Positions 37,568-51,500 of a stretch of DNA of 64,000 nt are shown here, in pieces (positions within the stretch are counted from its first letter, which is position 1; each line of letters starts with the position of its first letter). Source of the stretch: Malacoraja senta (taxonomy: Eukaryota); assembly GCA_038087875.1 (NCBI GenBank), contig JAXLNO010000423.1:62001-126000 (forward strand), given 5' to 3'. A program made the position numbers and the translations under genes. Under the pieces are notes generated by a model. It had not been told where the DNA came from. It made no database searches and saw nothing but the letters and a program-made list of their open reading frames with translations.

Positions 37568-40500
37568 ATGCAAGACGTTAATAGGAACATTGGGGGTGAA
37601 GGAATAAAATTCTGTAGTTGGAATGTTAAGGGAATTAATGAACCAATCAAGAGAGGTAAAGTATTAGCTCATTTAAAATCACTTAAAGCAGATATAATAT
37701 TTCTCCAGGAAACACATCTTAAAAAGGAAGCACAACATAGATTGAAAACAAAATGGATTGCTAAAGCGTATCACTGTTCATTCTCACACAAATCTAGAGG
37801 GGTTGCAATATTAATTCGTAAAGGTATACCCTTTAAACATATATCAACGATAGAAGATATTGAAGGCAGATATATTGTATTAGTAGGGGAGTTATATTCA
37901 AAAAAAGTGACTCTCCTTAATGTGTATGGACCTAATTTTGATAGCCCCCTGTTTTTTAAGAGAATACTTAACACTATCCCAGAATGTACACAACATAACT
38001 TAATTATCGGTGGAGACTTAAATTGTACACTGGATGCTTATTTGGATAGATCATCAACTCAAAGAAAATCAAAATCTCAGTCAAGTGAATTTCTAAATTC
38101 ATATATTAATACTACCAACATTAAGGATGTTTGGAGAATTGAAAATCCATCTGGTCGAGAATACTCATTTTACTCACCAGTGCATAAAACTTACTCAAGG
38201 ATAGACTACTTCTTAGTAGACTCTAAACTTATCCCATTTACCTATAACTCGCAATATCATAATATTATAATATCAGACCATGCTCCACTAACATTTATGA
38301 TTAAATTAAATGGAATGACCGAGACACAGTCACAATGGAGACTTAACCCCCAAATCTTAAAATAAAAACTATGTAATGAATATCTCGTAAAACAGATTAA
38401 TATGTTTTTTGAGGCTAATGACAGCCCTGGAATCTCTGCCTCCCTTCTTTGGGAAACATTTAAAGCATTTGTGCGAGGAGCACTAATCTCTTCGCAATCA
38501 TTTCTTAATAAAGAGAATAGGGCCAAACAACAGACTTTGGAAATGGAATTAAGGCAATTAGACATAGAAAATGCAATAGCACCATCTATGGCAAAACACA
38601 ATCAAATTGCAGTACTGAAATATAAGTTAAACAAGATATACTCAGACCAAGTTATAAAACTATATCAACATACAAAACAATTAAACTTTGAATTTGGTGA
38701 TAAACCACAAAAACTATTTGCGCGTCAACTTCGTAAACTGGATGGGGAAAAAACAATTTACAAAATTAGATCAGACAACGGAGAAATATTAACACTGCCT
38801 AAAGATATTAATGATAGATTTTTACAATACTATCAAAAACTGTACTCATCTAAAACGACAGAACAATCAGCAGGAATGTAAACATTTCTACAGAAATGTA
38901 ATATTACAGGTTTAGATCAGAAAGAGAGAGAATCACTAGATGCAGAAATTATGGTAAAAGACATCGAAGTCAATTAGATCTTTAAAAAACGGAAAGGCCT
39001 CAGGTCCTCATGGTCTAAGCTCTGAATTTTATTAAAAACATTACGATCTGATTTCTCCACGCCTACAGACACTATACAAATACGTTTATACTCAACAGAA
39101 ACTCCCAGAAACTCTAAATGTATCTACAATCATACTTATACCAAAACGGATAAGGATCCTGAAGACCCAGGTTCATATAGAGCAATAGCTCTCTTAAATA
39201 CTGATCAAAAAATATTAACCAAAATCCTATCTCATAGATTGAGCTTAGTGATTAACAAATTAATACACCCCGACCAAACTGGTTTTATTCCAAAACGTTA
39301 CTCATTTTATAATTTGAGAAGACTATTCAATATTATATATACAAATAGAATTCCTAATGCAGATCTAGCAATTATATCGTTAGATGCTGAAAAAGCATTT
39401 GACCAGGTAGAATGGTCATATTTATTTTCGGTAATGGAAAAATTTCAACTAGGAGAGAAGTACTGTACATGGATTAAACTGTTATACTCCAATCCAACAG
39501 CTAGAATATTAACAAACCAAATGTTATCAGCTAAATTTAATCTTTCTAGAGGTTGCAGACAAGGATGCTCACTATCCCCACTATTATTTGCTCTTGCAAT
39601 TGAACCATTAGCAGAAAGCGTTAGAACCCATCCAGGAATACACGGGTACAACACTAGAGATACAAGGAATAACATTTCCTTATATGCAGATGATGTACTA
39701 ATATATATCACAAAGTTAGAAACTAGTATTCCAAATCTATTAAATCTAATAACTCAATTTGGTCAGTTCTCAGGATATAGAATTAACTGGAATAAAAGTG
39801 AAATCATGCCAATAACAAAATTCAATTTAAATACATTGCAACAATCCCCTTTTAAAATAGTTAAAGATAAACTTAAATATTTGGGAATCTATGTAACTAA
39901 GACATATACCTCTTTATTTAAACTAAATTTTCCACCCTTACTTAATAAATTACACAAGAATATTCAGTACTGGAAAACAATTCCCATTTCAATGCTTGGT
40001 GGAATTAATGCTATAAAAATGATCTTCTTACCGCAACTACTGTACCTATTTCAATTAATTCCGATATATATCCCAAAAAACTTTTTTTTTAAAGTCGACT
40101 CCATTGTTACAAGCTTTATTTGGGATTATAAGAATCATAGAATAAGTAAAAAACATTTATGTAAGTCAAAGAGCAAGGGAGGTTTGGCTTTGCCAAATTT
40201 CTTATTTTATTTTTGGGCAGTCCATATTAAAAACATGAATTTCTGGCTGGAAGAAATGGATCAATATCCAGATTGGTTAAGGATGGAAAAGGAAGACTGT
40301 TTACCTTTTGAAATTGGTTCGATTATATTTGCTCCCACAAAATTGAATTAAAAAACCTATAAGGAAAATCCTATAATACAAAGTGGAATACGAATTTGGA
40401 AACAATTAAAAAAAGCTTTAAAACTGAATAATATACCACTATGTCTTCCCATTGTAAATAATCCTTTATTCAAGCCATCCATATTGGATAGAGGTTTTAT

Positions 40501-41353
40501 ACAATGGAACAATTATGGAATTAAAAAGATTGGACATCTTTATAGGGAAGGCATCTTTCTGTCATTTCAAGAGTTACAACAGAATTATGGACTACACTCA
40601 AATAATTTTTTCAGATATCTACAAATTAGAGATTATGTTAAATCTAATACACAAGTATATAGGACTAGGGAACCAGAAATTCTTGATGAATGTTTGAATA
40701 AGCATCCTAACACTGAAAAATTAATAGCTTATATTTATAACATCCTCTTAAACAATGAGGTACCACCGATGGAACTATATAGACACACATGGGAAAATGA
40801 GTTAGGTCACTCTATAACGAAAGACATTTGGGACGAAAGTTTACAACATATACATCAATGCTCGTTAAATGCCAGACATGCTTTAATACAATTTAAAGTC
40901 TTACACAGATTACATTACTCCAAAATAAAACTAAATAGAATCTTCCCACATATTTCTCCTATCTGTGATAAATGCCTACATCTAGAGGCCAATTTAACAC
41001 ATACTTTTGCAAATTGTATAAAAATCAAAAATTTCTGGGTTGATATTTTTAAAATAATTTCTGAAGTTGTTAATACTAAATTGGATCCAGACTCAAAATT
41101 AATAATACTTGGGATATCAGAACAAAGTTTAATACTCACAACAAGCCAAAGAAACTTCCTTGACTACAGTATAATAACTGGGAAAAAATGTATATTAAAA
41201 TTTTGGAAATGTCCTATAACCCCCACAATTAAAATGTGGATTGTGGAAATGTCGGAGACCCTGCATCTAGAAAGAATTAGACTTGTCTTAATGGACAAAC
41301 AAGAACTTTTTGTTAAAATATGGGCTCCATTCATTAACTATTTGAAGGGATAG
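37568..41353 (+). pseudogene. L1 ORF2 (APE-RT-CCHC), multiple stops and frameshifts
   Basis: SWNVKG, LQETH, GGDLN, SRIDY, SDH, LDAEKAFD, RQGC.LSP, YADD and CDKC...HTFANC motifs. Confidence 0.95.
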
Positions 41354-43228
41354 ATGGGCCCAGCACGAAAACCTAACTGAAGCTTGAACTCAGGATTAGA
41401 TGTAAAATTATATTTCATAACCTACGAACTTATCTCCTATGACGTATCATAAATAACTCATTCCACCTCTTTTTTTTTTCTCGATATTTGTAATGTTTTC
41501 TTCTTTCTACCTCTCTTTTTCTATCTATATAAAAAAAAACACTAGAAGCAGAATTAATTGACAACTGACAATTTTAATAAAGTATGATTGATGTATATGA
41601 AACGTTTTTTTTTCTATTATAATATGTTACTATACTTTATAATATGTTTGCTTCTAATAAAAATATTAATCAAAAAAAAAAAAAGGACCCCCAGATCCTG
41701 GGTTCAATCGTGATATCAGGTGCTCTCCATGTGGAGTTTGGACGTTATTCCTGCGACCTCTTGGGCTTCACATGGGTGCTCCAGTTTCCTCTCACAATCC
41801 AAAGATGTGTAGGTTTGTAGGTTAATTGGCCGCGATTAATTGCCCTTGGTGTGTGGGGTGGATTCAGTAGTTAACTACTGTTAATTAGAACTAAGATTAA
41901 GATTTTTTTTCATTGGAAGATACAGCATGGAACGTGAACGGTGGTCAGTGTGGAGTTGTGGACTTGGTGGGCCATAGGGCCTGTGTCCAAGCTGTATCTT
42001 TCAATGAAAAAATATCTTAATACTTAAACTCACCTGATTAAACACACTCAAGACAAAGTGCTATGAGATTGTTCCATGCATCAAAAAGTGAATTCAACCA
42101 GAGATGTGACAAGGTGCCTTTTCATGTGCCTGCACAGGCTGCCCCACCCACTAGGAATAGTCTGAAGAAGGTATCTTGACCCAAAACATCATCTAACCAT
42201 CTCCAGAGATGCTGCCTGACCTGCTGAATTACTCCAGCAAAGAGTGTTTTCTTTTGTAAACCAGCATCTGCAATTCCTTGCTTCTGTACTGGGAACATCC
42301 CATTGTCAAACAGGTCCACAGCATTGTTTACAATAGAACAGTCTTTGCACTTAGGGATCTTTCATCTAACACTGTTAGTGGATAAACTATGGCCGTGTTA
42401 CCAGTTGAGAAGCATGGTCAAAGTTATGCCTGGTTGAGTAGGGGGTAAGGACAAGAGGTTGGGATGATTAGACTTTTGTAATTCAGCGGGACAGGCAGCA
42501 TCTCTGGAGAGAAGGAATGAGTGACCTCTCGGATCGAGACCCTTCATCAGACCAGAAACGTCACCCATTCCTTCTCTCCAGAGTTGCTGTCTGTCCCGCT
42601 GAGTTACTCTTGTGTCTATCTTCAGTTTAAAGCAGCACCTGCAGTTCCTTCATACACATAAGGACTTGTGCAGAAGGTTGTTGAGGCACTGGGACCTGAA
42701 GAAGTGGGATTTTGGCCATGTTGTTTGGTGGTGATAGCGGCTGTGGAAATGGGTGGAAACAAGGGATAAGTGGAAAATAAAATATGACCAATATGCTGGA
42801 AGATTCATACACTGGAGCCCACAGTCATGAATGTGATCAGACAGGGTCTATTGAAGTTGCATTGGAACAGATTTCATCCTTCTTATGAAGTTTGGCTACT
42901 GCTCAGGTACATAAACGCCCAGCACTTCACAAAGCAATCTCCAGATTGCTTTCTTCCACTTTTCTAATGATTGCCTTTCTGATTTTGTGGACTTGGACTG
43001 AGACTGAGCAGCAGGGGTGGCTTTAGGACACTCCCAGTAACATCCAAATGGCAGAGGAAACAGCTTTTCACACAGGCTGGATTCTGGTCCAACTGATTTT
43101 GAGATCAGGAAGATTGGTTGTGTGGGAAATCACAACACCCACCTATTTTTGAAGAATTGAAGGGATAATTTTACCAGGGCTGGTCTGCACTGGATGGCAA
43201 GTGTAAATTTAAATTGAAAACATCCAGC

Positions 43229-43517
43229 ACATGGCAGCGCAGCAGTAGAGTTGGTGCCTTACTGGGTTCGATCCTGACTACGGCTGCTGTCTGTACGGAG
43301 TTTGTACGTTCTCCCCGTGACCGCATGGGTTTCCTCTGGGAGCTTAGTTTCCTCCGACATTCCAAAGACGTACAGGTTTGTTCGTTAATTGGCTTTGGAA
43401 AAAATAGTAAATTGTCCCTAGTGTGCAGGGTGGTGCAAGTGAACGGTGATCGCTGGTCGGCATGGACTCACTGGGCCCAAGGGCCGGTTTCCACACTATC
43501 CCTAAACTAAACTAAAC
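43229..43517 (+). mobile_element. HE1/V-SINE-like SINE
   Basis: B box gggttcgatcc, conserved core and (taaac)n tail. Confidence 0.85.
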
Positions 43518-44525
43518 ATGGCCGCGCATCCATAAAGCATTACAAATGCATGCAAGTGATTGAAACATTCTGCTGTGGAAAATATTGTAGTTCCTTCATT
43601 TTAGAGTGGTTAATCTTGGATGAATGTATTCCTTGAAGTGTCATCTTATGAACCTCTCCTGTCAGTTTCATCCAGAAACTCCTTCCATTGATGGCCTGGC
43701 CTCTTCTCCGATTCCTGTGCAGTGCACAGGCTGCCCTACCCATTAGGAATAGTCCATCGACTGAGAGGCCGAAAGCAATGCATTCCATCTCAAGCCAAAT
43801 TAGAAGGGGGACAGACTCAGTGGGTGATTGTTCAATTCCCAGCTGTCAGCTAAACAGCCATTTCTCTCTGTGTCTTGCAAGTTCACAACCGGTAAGAAAA
43901 TGTGTTCAAGGAAAATTTCTCGAGGGATGCTTGTAGAAGTAGGACTGAAGATTAATCTCTGATTCTTGCAGGCTCCAGGGCACTGCTGTGGAGTTGGCAG
44001 CCATAGGTCAATTGCATGAAAATAAACATTAAAGTAATAGCATGTCAATCCGAACTAAATATAACGTTAAATCAAAGGGAAACACTGTATGGGAAGGCAG
44101 TAAAACACATGTCAAATATGGAAAAGATGAAAAAATGTGGAAAATTCAAGTCATATATCACCACATGAGCCATGTTTTATGAAGACGTTCAGCAATTATA
44201 GCTGAGTGATATGTCACGTTTCACTGAACAGAGACTTGAGGAGACCGATATAACAGACAGAGTCAGGGCATTAGTTTAATTGACTCATCGAGAAGACAGG
44301 ATTGTTCAGAAGCATTGGCTCCCCTGAATCCCTTGGGGAGTAAATACTTGAAGCACGAACCTTGACAACTTCCTGATCTGAAAAGAAAGTGTGATTTCGG
44401 GACGTATCATAAAACAATTCATTGGAGTCTCATTCCAGGGAGTCAGATCCATTTAACTTGTGGCAAAATCACAGATATATTTAAGTCTCCACATACTGTG
44501 CATCTCTGATCTGTTGCAAGCATAA

Positions 44526-44836
44526 AAGCCCTGTCCCACAGTACGAGTTCATTCCAAGAGCTCTCCCGAGTTTGCCCTGATTCGAACTCGGAGATTTACG
44601 GTAATGTCCACTCGTTGGTACTCGGGGCTCTCGTGGACATTTTTCAACATGTTGAAAAATCTTCACGAGTCTTCCCGTGCTTAACTGCCGTTAGCGAGTC
44701 TTCCCGAGTACCTGCCGTTAGCGCTAAGAGAAGTCTGACGTACCCGCTACGTTCATTCTCCGTGCTAACCACGAGTTTGATTTTTTTAAAACTCAGGAGA
44801 GCTCTTAGAATGAACTCGTACCATGGGACATGGCTT
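44526..44836. mobile_element. PIF/Harbinger-type MITE
   Basis: ~50-bp imperfect TIRs (AAGCCCTGTCCCA..GTACGAGTTCATTC..AGAGCTCTCC) flanked by TAA on both sides. Confidence 0.85.
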
Positions 44837-45335
44837 TAACACAACTGAATAACAGTTTCCATTTTATAAATTTGTACTGAAGTCATGTATTTATAGAGGT
44901 AATCCTATTTGAAAGATCCAGAAATATTTAGAGAATTATTAAGAAATGATCAAAGGTCACGTTAATATGCTATATTTGTATAATGCCTCTAACCTGCTAA
45001 AATGTTACAAGACAGTTTGCAGGAACATTATCCTCATAATATGAAGCCAAGCTATGTCAGCAGATATTTGCACGTGACACGAAAAATCAGTTCAGAAATA
45101 ATAAGAGCTGAGGAGTACATCTTACTGAACACAGTGGAAGACTAAAGATCGGGAACATTGGGACTGATTCTAACTTCCAATGCTGTCAACCAGAGACACT
45201 CATCAACAGTGACCAATCATAGAGTCTTACAGCGTGGAAATAGGCCCTTTGGCTCACCTTGTCCACACCGACAAACATGTCCCATCTACACTCGTCCCAC
45301 CTGCATGCATTTGGCCCTTATCCCTCTAAACCTAT

Positions 45336-45615
45336 AGGTAGGAAAAAACTGCAGATGCTGGTTTTAATCGAAGATAGACACAAAATGCTGGAGTAACTCA
45401 GCGGGAGTAACTCAGTGGGACAGGCAGCGTCTCTGGGGAGAAGGAATGGGTGACGTTTCGGGTCACGACCCTTCTTCAGACTGATGTCAGGGGAGGGGGC
45501 CGGTCCCGCCCCCTCCCCAGACAGTTTGAAGAAGGATCTCGACCCGATACGTCACCCATTCCTTCTCTCCAGAGACGCTGCCTGTCCCGCTGAGTTACTC
45601 CAGCATTTTGTGTCT
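45336..45615. mobile_element. Penelope-derived fold-back mini-element, inserted in a CR1 3' end
   Basis: Two inverted terminal-repeat copies. TSD TCCCT(C/T)TAAACCTAT (45321-45335, 45616-45630). Confidence 0.85.
45449..45484 (-). ncRNA. Minimal type I hammerhead-like motif of the Penelope terminal repeat
   Basis: Minus strand reads cagu-CUGAAGA-a-GGGUC-gu-GACCC-GAAA-CG-UC-acc. Confidence 0.6.
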
Positions 45616-45994
45616 TCCCTTTAAACCTATCCCATCCATGTATGTAGGAAGGAACTGCAGATGCTGGTTTACACTGAAGATAGACACAAAATGCTGGAGT
45701 AACTCAACGGGTCAGTTAGTAACTCTGGAGAAAATAAATAGGTGACGTTTTGGGTCGAGACCCTGCTTCAGACTGAGAGCTATCCATGTTGCTGTCTAAA
45801 TGTTTCGATAGTACCTGCCTCAACTACCTCATCCGGCAGCTCATTCCATACACCCACCCCCCTTTGTGTAAAAACGTAATCCCTCAGGTTCTTATTAAAT
45901 CTTTCCCCACCCCCACCCCCACCCCCACCCCCCTCACCTTAAACTTAAGTCCTCTGGTGCTCGATTTCCCTACCCTGGGCAAGAGTGTGCATTT

Positions 45995-46320
45995 AGAAAC
46001 GTAGAAACATGGAAACATAGAATATAGGTACAGGAGTAGGCCATTAGGCCCCGAGCCAGTACAGCCATTCAATATGATCATGGCTGATCATCCAAAATCA
46101 GTACCCCATTCCTGCTTTCTCCCCGTTTGCCTTAATTCCGTTAGCCCTAAGAGCTAAATCTAACTCTCTCTAGAAAACATCCAGTGAATTGGCCACTGCC
46201 CGACTGATGTACAAGGACACCTAGGTCTTGTTGCACCTCCCCTTTTCCTAATGTGACACTACTGAGATAATAATCTGCCTTCTTGTTCTTGCCACCAAAG
46301 TGGATAACCTCACATTTACC
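45995..46320 (-). mobile_element. CR1 3' fragment with internal deletion
   Basis: Tail and ggagtaggccatt UTR joined to KCEVIHFGG..QQDLGV coding sequence. Confidence 0.8.
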
Positions 46321-46857
46321 CGATCTATTCCTCTCACAATTTTGTGCACTTTGAGCCCCAGGCCATAAACCAAGCATGCACAAGGCTACTCTGCTGGATG
46401 CTTGGTACCCTTGGTTGCTGGAGAGGGAATATTGGAGTTGGGATTGGAGCATGGTTGGGATGTTGGTGTTCAGATTATTTTTGTGGAGGCCCCAGAAAAT
46501 CTGCTCCTTGGAGGTTCCCCAATATGTTATTGGACCATGGCCTTTCAGAGCCTCTTCAGCTTTGCCTCCTGTGAGCTTGAGCTGTAGGAACGACGGATCT
46601 TGGTTAACTCTCTGAGTCCGGTTGGGAGTTTGTGACCACACATTAGACTATGGGAGGACTTCTCAGTAGTCTGATAACACTGGTAAAGGACTTCCTGAAT
46701 CTGGTGGCATATTCTTTCCAGTTTTTGCACCATCTGCATGACAGGAGAGGGGGAATAGGGTATGCTGCGTGAAATGGATGAAAGCATATCGGCAGGTCAT
46801 TTTCACTTCCACATTGGGCTGCCATTTACACTGACTCATTCTCATCCTGTTCTGTAG

Positions 46858-47150
46858 GAACACAGTGGCACAATAGTTAAGCTGCTGGGCCAGTAATCCA
46901 AGGGGCTTGGCTGAATGATCCAGAGACACGAGTTCAAATTCCACCAAAGCAGCCAGGGAATTTAAAATTCAGTTCATTAAATAAATGTGGAATCATTAAA
47001 AGGAACTACTCTCATTTATGGGATCATTAAGCTACTGGAGTTGTTAAAAAAACCCATCTGTTTCTTTGAGGGAAGAAGAATACTGTCATTCTCTGGTCTC
47101 ACCAAAACATGGCAATTCGGTCAATTCTTAACTACCTATTACAGTGGCCC
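46858..47150 (+). mobile_element. Older tRNA-derived SINE (different family)
   Basis: gtggcacaatag A box and gagttcaaattcc B box; heavily diverged body. Confidence 0.55.
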
Positions 47151-48528
47151 AGGAAACAAAACATTTGCCTAGTCCTTGATTCATCCTCACTTACTGAGGG
47201 GACATTATGGACAAATGCGGCAGTGACGTCCAAATCCATAAAAGGAACCGTTAAAAAATCAGCTGCAGAACGTGCAAAGCTTCAATACTCACAGATAGGA
47301 CTTTTGATATTTGTGCCTGTCCAGGGAAATAGATGCCATCGTCTCCTCTGCACTGTCTCTCGGTTCATTTTAAAGGATGACAGTAGTTACTTTGTTACAA
47401 CTTTGGTTAAATGGACCTTGGAACCGTCCACCTCTCCAGGACCTCTCGGACTTATGTAGAAGGAGTGAAGCAAGGAAGAATTTCAATCATACAAATGGTT
47501 GTAGAAATTTGGAATTCTCTTTGCTGATCGTCTGTGTACATCAGGGAAGAACAGGGACTCTGATCAAAGGCTGTGGAGCTAACATGACTAAATGCAGCTG
47601 AGCTACAAATCAGTCAGAGCTAATGGAATGGAGTTATTGGCTTGAGAGGTTGAATATTCCATGCCTGTTTGTTTGATCCTATGTTCCAATCATTCGAATT
47701 GGCATTTTCACTACAACTAGTCAAGGGAAGAGTTATTAAAATATTCCAAGAATGCAATAATGCACCAGCATATTGGATAGAAAGAAATAGCTTGTAGAAT
47801 TCATGAATACTATTTCCTAACATAGATGCAACTCCTCTGTTAACCTTGACTTTTGACATGTGTTACGACTCCCGAATGCAGGTACTTCAGAGCCGCGTAA
47901 CATAATTCAAGAACCAGGTTCAAGTTCAAAAATAGTTTAATTATTTAATGGAACACAAAACCCAAACCTGATTCAAACAACCCAGTCGGGGATATGGATG
48001 GACTGACAAACAATTTAACTTTGCTCCAGCCAGCCACTTGATGGACCGTCGAACCAGAGACTCTAAAACCTGCCTAAAGATATATAACCCTGAAACAAAA
48101 TACACGAAAACACTAAGGTCAGCCCTTATCCATCCCAATGCAATATTTGTCAATCAGTAATTGTGAAAGATCACAAAGTTCTATGCCATGTGGCCAGGCC
48201 TTCTGCAGCTCACTCCAGCAGTCAGCTCACAAGTCAGGGTCGGCGAAGAAGAGAGAGAATTCTGGGAGCTCTGGTATTTAAGCTTCAGATGAGTCACCCG
48301 GCACCTGACGCAGTTTGGCCAATCGGGTACAGGAGCCTTTTAACCCTTTGATTCCAGACTCACATCCACAACGCCTGCACTCGGGAAAGAAACAGAGAAA
48401 GGTCAGTACATAGCATTCACCAGGGGGGGACACGCCTAACACCCCCACCCAAAGATACTGAATAAGTTTCGGAAGCAGAGAGAAAAAAAACACCACCAAT
48501 TCCCAGAAACTATTCAGGAGCTAAAACT

Positions 48529-51500
48529 CTACTGGCGCGACAAGGCGTCAGCCAAGACATTATCCTTGCCACGGATATGCCTGACCTCCAGGTTGTAGTC
48601 TTGCAGCTGCAAACTCCAGCTCATTAACCGCCGGTTCCCATTCTTCATACTATGCAAAAATACCAACGGATTATGATCCGTGAGTACGATGACAGGGACA
48701 TTCGAGGAGCCAACATAAACCTCGAAATGATCCAGAGACAACAAAATAGCAAGGGCTTCTTTCTCAATGGTGGAGTACCACTTCTGATGCCGATTAAACT
48801 TCTTAGAGAAGTACGAAACTGGATGCTCCACCCCATCTGAATCATCCTGTAGAAGTACTCCCCCAACCACACGATCACTAGCATCCACTGCCAGCTTAAA
48901 TGGATGCTCAAAATCAGGTGCCGCAAGCACAGGTGCGCGCACCAGAAGACTTTTAGTATGATCAAAGGCTTGTTGACACTCTGCGGACCACACAAAAGCT
49001 ACCTTCGGACTCAGCAGATCCGTCAAAGTGGCAGCCACCGCAGAGAAGTTTGGACAGAATCCCCTATAGTACCCAACCATAGCCAGATACCTACGGAGTT
49101 CAGTCCTCGAGGTTGGAGCAGGAAATACGACAATATGCTCCACCTTTTCCTTGAGAGTGCGAACCTGACCCCGGCCCACCACCTTACCCAGATACGTTAC
49201 CGTGGCCTGGCCAAACTCACACTTCCCCAGATTGATAGTTAGCTTTGTCTCCGCTAGATGATGAAATACCTCCTTCAGATGACCGATGTGTTCGATCCAC
49301 GACCTGGAGCACACAACCAAATCATCAAGGTATGCCTCACAGATGGACAAACCAGACAATACAATGTTCACCAACCGTTGGAAGGTTGCCGGCGCATTAC
49401 GCATCCCAAATGCCATTACTGTAAACAGCAGAAAGTTATCAGGCGTAACGAACGCAGAGATCTCCCTCACCCGCCTAGTCAAGGGAACTTGCCAATACCC
49501 TTTTAACAAGTCCAACTTAGACACAAAAGATGCACTTCCCACACGATCCACGCAATCCTCCATTCGTGGGAGAGGATAGCAAACCGGCTTAGTTACACCA
49601 TTCACTTTCCCAAAGTCCGTGCAAAACCTGTCCTCCCCATTAGCCTTCGTAGCCAGTAGGCACGGAGAACTCCACGGACTACAACTAGGTTCAGCAATGC
49701 CATGCCGCAGCATATATTCAACCTGACTCCCTAGACGATGACGCCTGTCAGGGTTGACCCGATACGGATGCTGTTTAATTGGCGCAGCACCGGCCACGTC
49801 AATGTCATGCTGCAGCACAGACGTCTGAGAAGGCACATCCGAGAACAGTGACCCATTTGACTTCACCAAAGCAAGCAGATCACCCCGCTGACTTTCAGTC
49901 AAATGCGACAGTCGCAAGAGAAGCGACTCCAAAGCCTCAGAGCTACACAGCCTTCCCTGCGTCACTGCCACCGACAACCGTGCCTCACCCACATCACCAC
50001 CCGTGTCAGGGGCAGCACCACTGCAGCCAAAACAGGCTTAGACAAAACCGAAGGACATAGCACCTCCCCATCAACCTGCACAGGCTCCTGCTCATGGTAC
50101 TGTATCATCATGTTGACATGACAGAGCTGAGTCTTACGCCTTCGATCAGGGGTACCAATAACATAATCCCTTTCACCAACCTCTTAACCACCTGATAGGG
50201 ACCGCTATACCGAGCCTGCAGACTGGAACCAGGAATAGGCAACAACACCAGGACCTTGTCAACTGGAGAAAAATTCCTACTAGAAGCCTTCCTGTCGAAC
50301 CACCCCTTCATCCTAGACTGAGCCGAAGCAAGATTGCCCATTGCCAGTTTGCATGCCCTCTTCAGTCTAGACCGAAAGGTACAGACGTGGTCTAAAATAC
50401 TTCGTTTTGTATCCTACTGCAACCATTTCTCCTTTAGGACCCTCAACGGACCACGTACAGTATGCGTGAACACCAGGTCAGCAGGACTGAACCCCAAAGA
50501 CTCCTGCACGACCTCACGCACCCCAAACATAACTAGATGAACCCCCTCATCCCAGACTTTTTCAAACTCCAGGCAGTAAGTCCTCAACATCGATTTCAAA
50601 GTCTGGTGAAACCTCTCGAGAGCTCCCTGGCTCTCAGGGTGATATGCACTGGAGTAACAATGCTTAATATCTAATAACTGCATTACATGACCAAAAACCT
50701 TCGAAATGAAGTTTGAACCTTGGTCACTCTGCACAACCTTGGGCAAACCGAACAACGAAAAAAACTTAGTGAGAGACTTCACAATGGTAGGGGCAGTAAT
50801 TCTACGCAAAGGGACCACCTCCGGAAAGCGGGTAGACGCACACATAATTGTCAATAAAAACTTGTTGCCCACCTTTGTCCGAGGTAGAGGACCCACACAA
50901 TCAACTAGAATCCGCTCAAACGGCTCACCGACCACTGGGATTGGATATAAAGTCGCAGGAACAATCGATTGGTTCGGCTTTCCTGCCACCTGGCAAATGT
51001 GACAACACCTACACTGCTGTTTCACGTCCCTTTTCAACCCTGGTCAAAAAAAATTCCGTAAGATACGGTCATACGTCTTATTGACCCCCAAATGTCCACC
51101 CAGAGGACCATCATGAGCCAAACCGAGTATCTCGTCCCTATACCGACGAGGTATCACAATCTGATCAACCACGCTCCAATCATCATGCCCAGATATATCC
51201 AAGGGAGACCACTTTCGCATCAGTACGCCCTCCCTTAGAAAATACCCCTTTGCTGTGGAATCCATATCCCCCTCAGGCACCGCGCAGTCGAACAGATCAG
51301 ATAAACCTGGATCACTCTTTTGCTCCTCAACCAGCCGGTCACGTGACAGCGACACCGGCCCATTTCCAGACACCATCCCATCTTGAGATGTAGAAACACC
51401 CATCACAACACAGGATCCATCATCCTGATCCCCAAAAATGCTCTCACTCAGGTCCACTACATCCCCAAACTTCGCCTGGCTCTTGGCTATAGCCCTCGTG

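Larger units (their letters stand above)
35595..41682 (+). mobile_element. Full-length L1 LINE (decayed)
   Basis: TSD AAGGACCCCCAGA (35582-35594, 41683-41695), 5' (GA)CTTCCGG start, ORF1, AT-rich spacer, ORF2, AATAAA and poly(A). Confidence 0.96.
34833..42003 (+). mobile_element. HE1/V-SINE-like SINE split by nested CR1 and L1 (head 34833-34883, body ~41696-42003)
   Basis: The A box half ends at ...cagcactagaga. The B box half resumes at cctgggttcaatc. Confidence 0.8.

Noticed and set aside
42131..43754. ~32-bp near-duplicate tgcacaggctgccc(c/t)accca(c/t)taggaatagtc at ~42131 and ~43723
   Set aside because: Real similarity, but short, with no element boundaries supporting a TSD; probably an old repeat remnant.
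43755..43780. Hammerhead-like words CTGAGAGGCCGAAAG
   Set aside because: Core spacing is wrong (no CUGANGA plus stem II) and there are no supporting stems.
46147..46947. 164-aa and neighbouring minus-strand ORFs as a host gene
   Set aside because: The C-terminal part is CR1 sequence and the rest looks like decayed LINE; no coherent exon structure.
47109..47459. 116-aa ORF and a nearby minus-strand donor site
   Set aside because: It begins in an old SINE, has no recognisable protein motif and no convincing matching splice sites.
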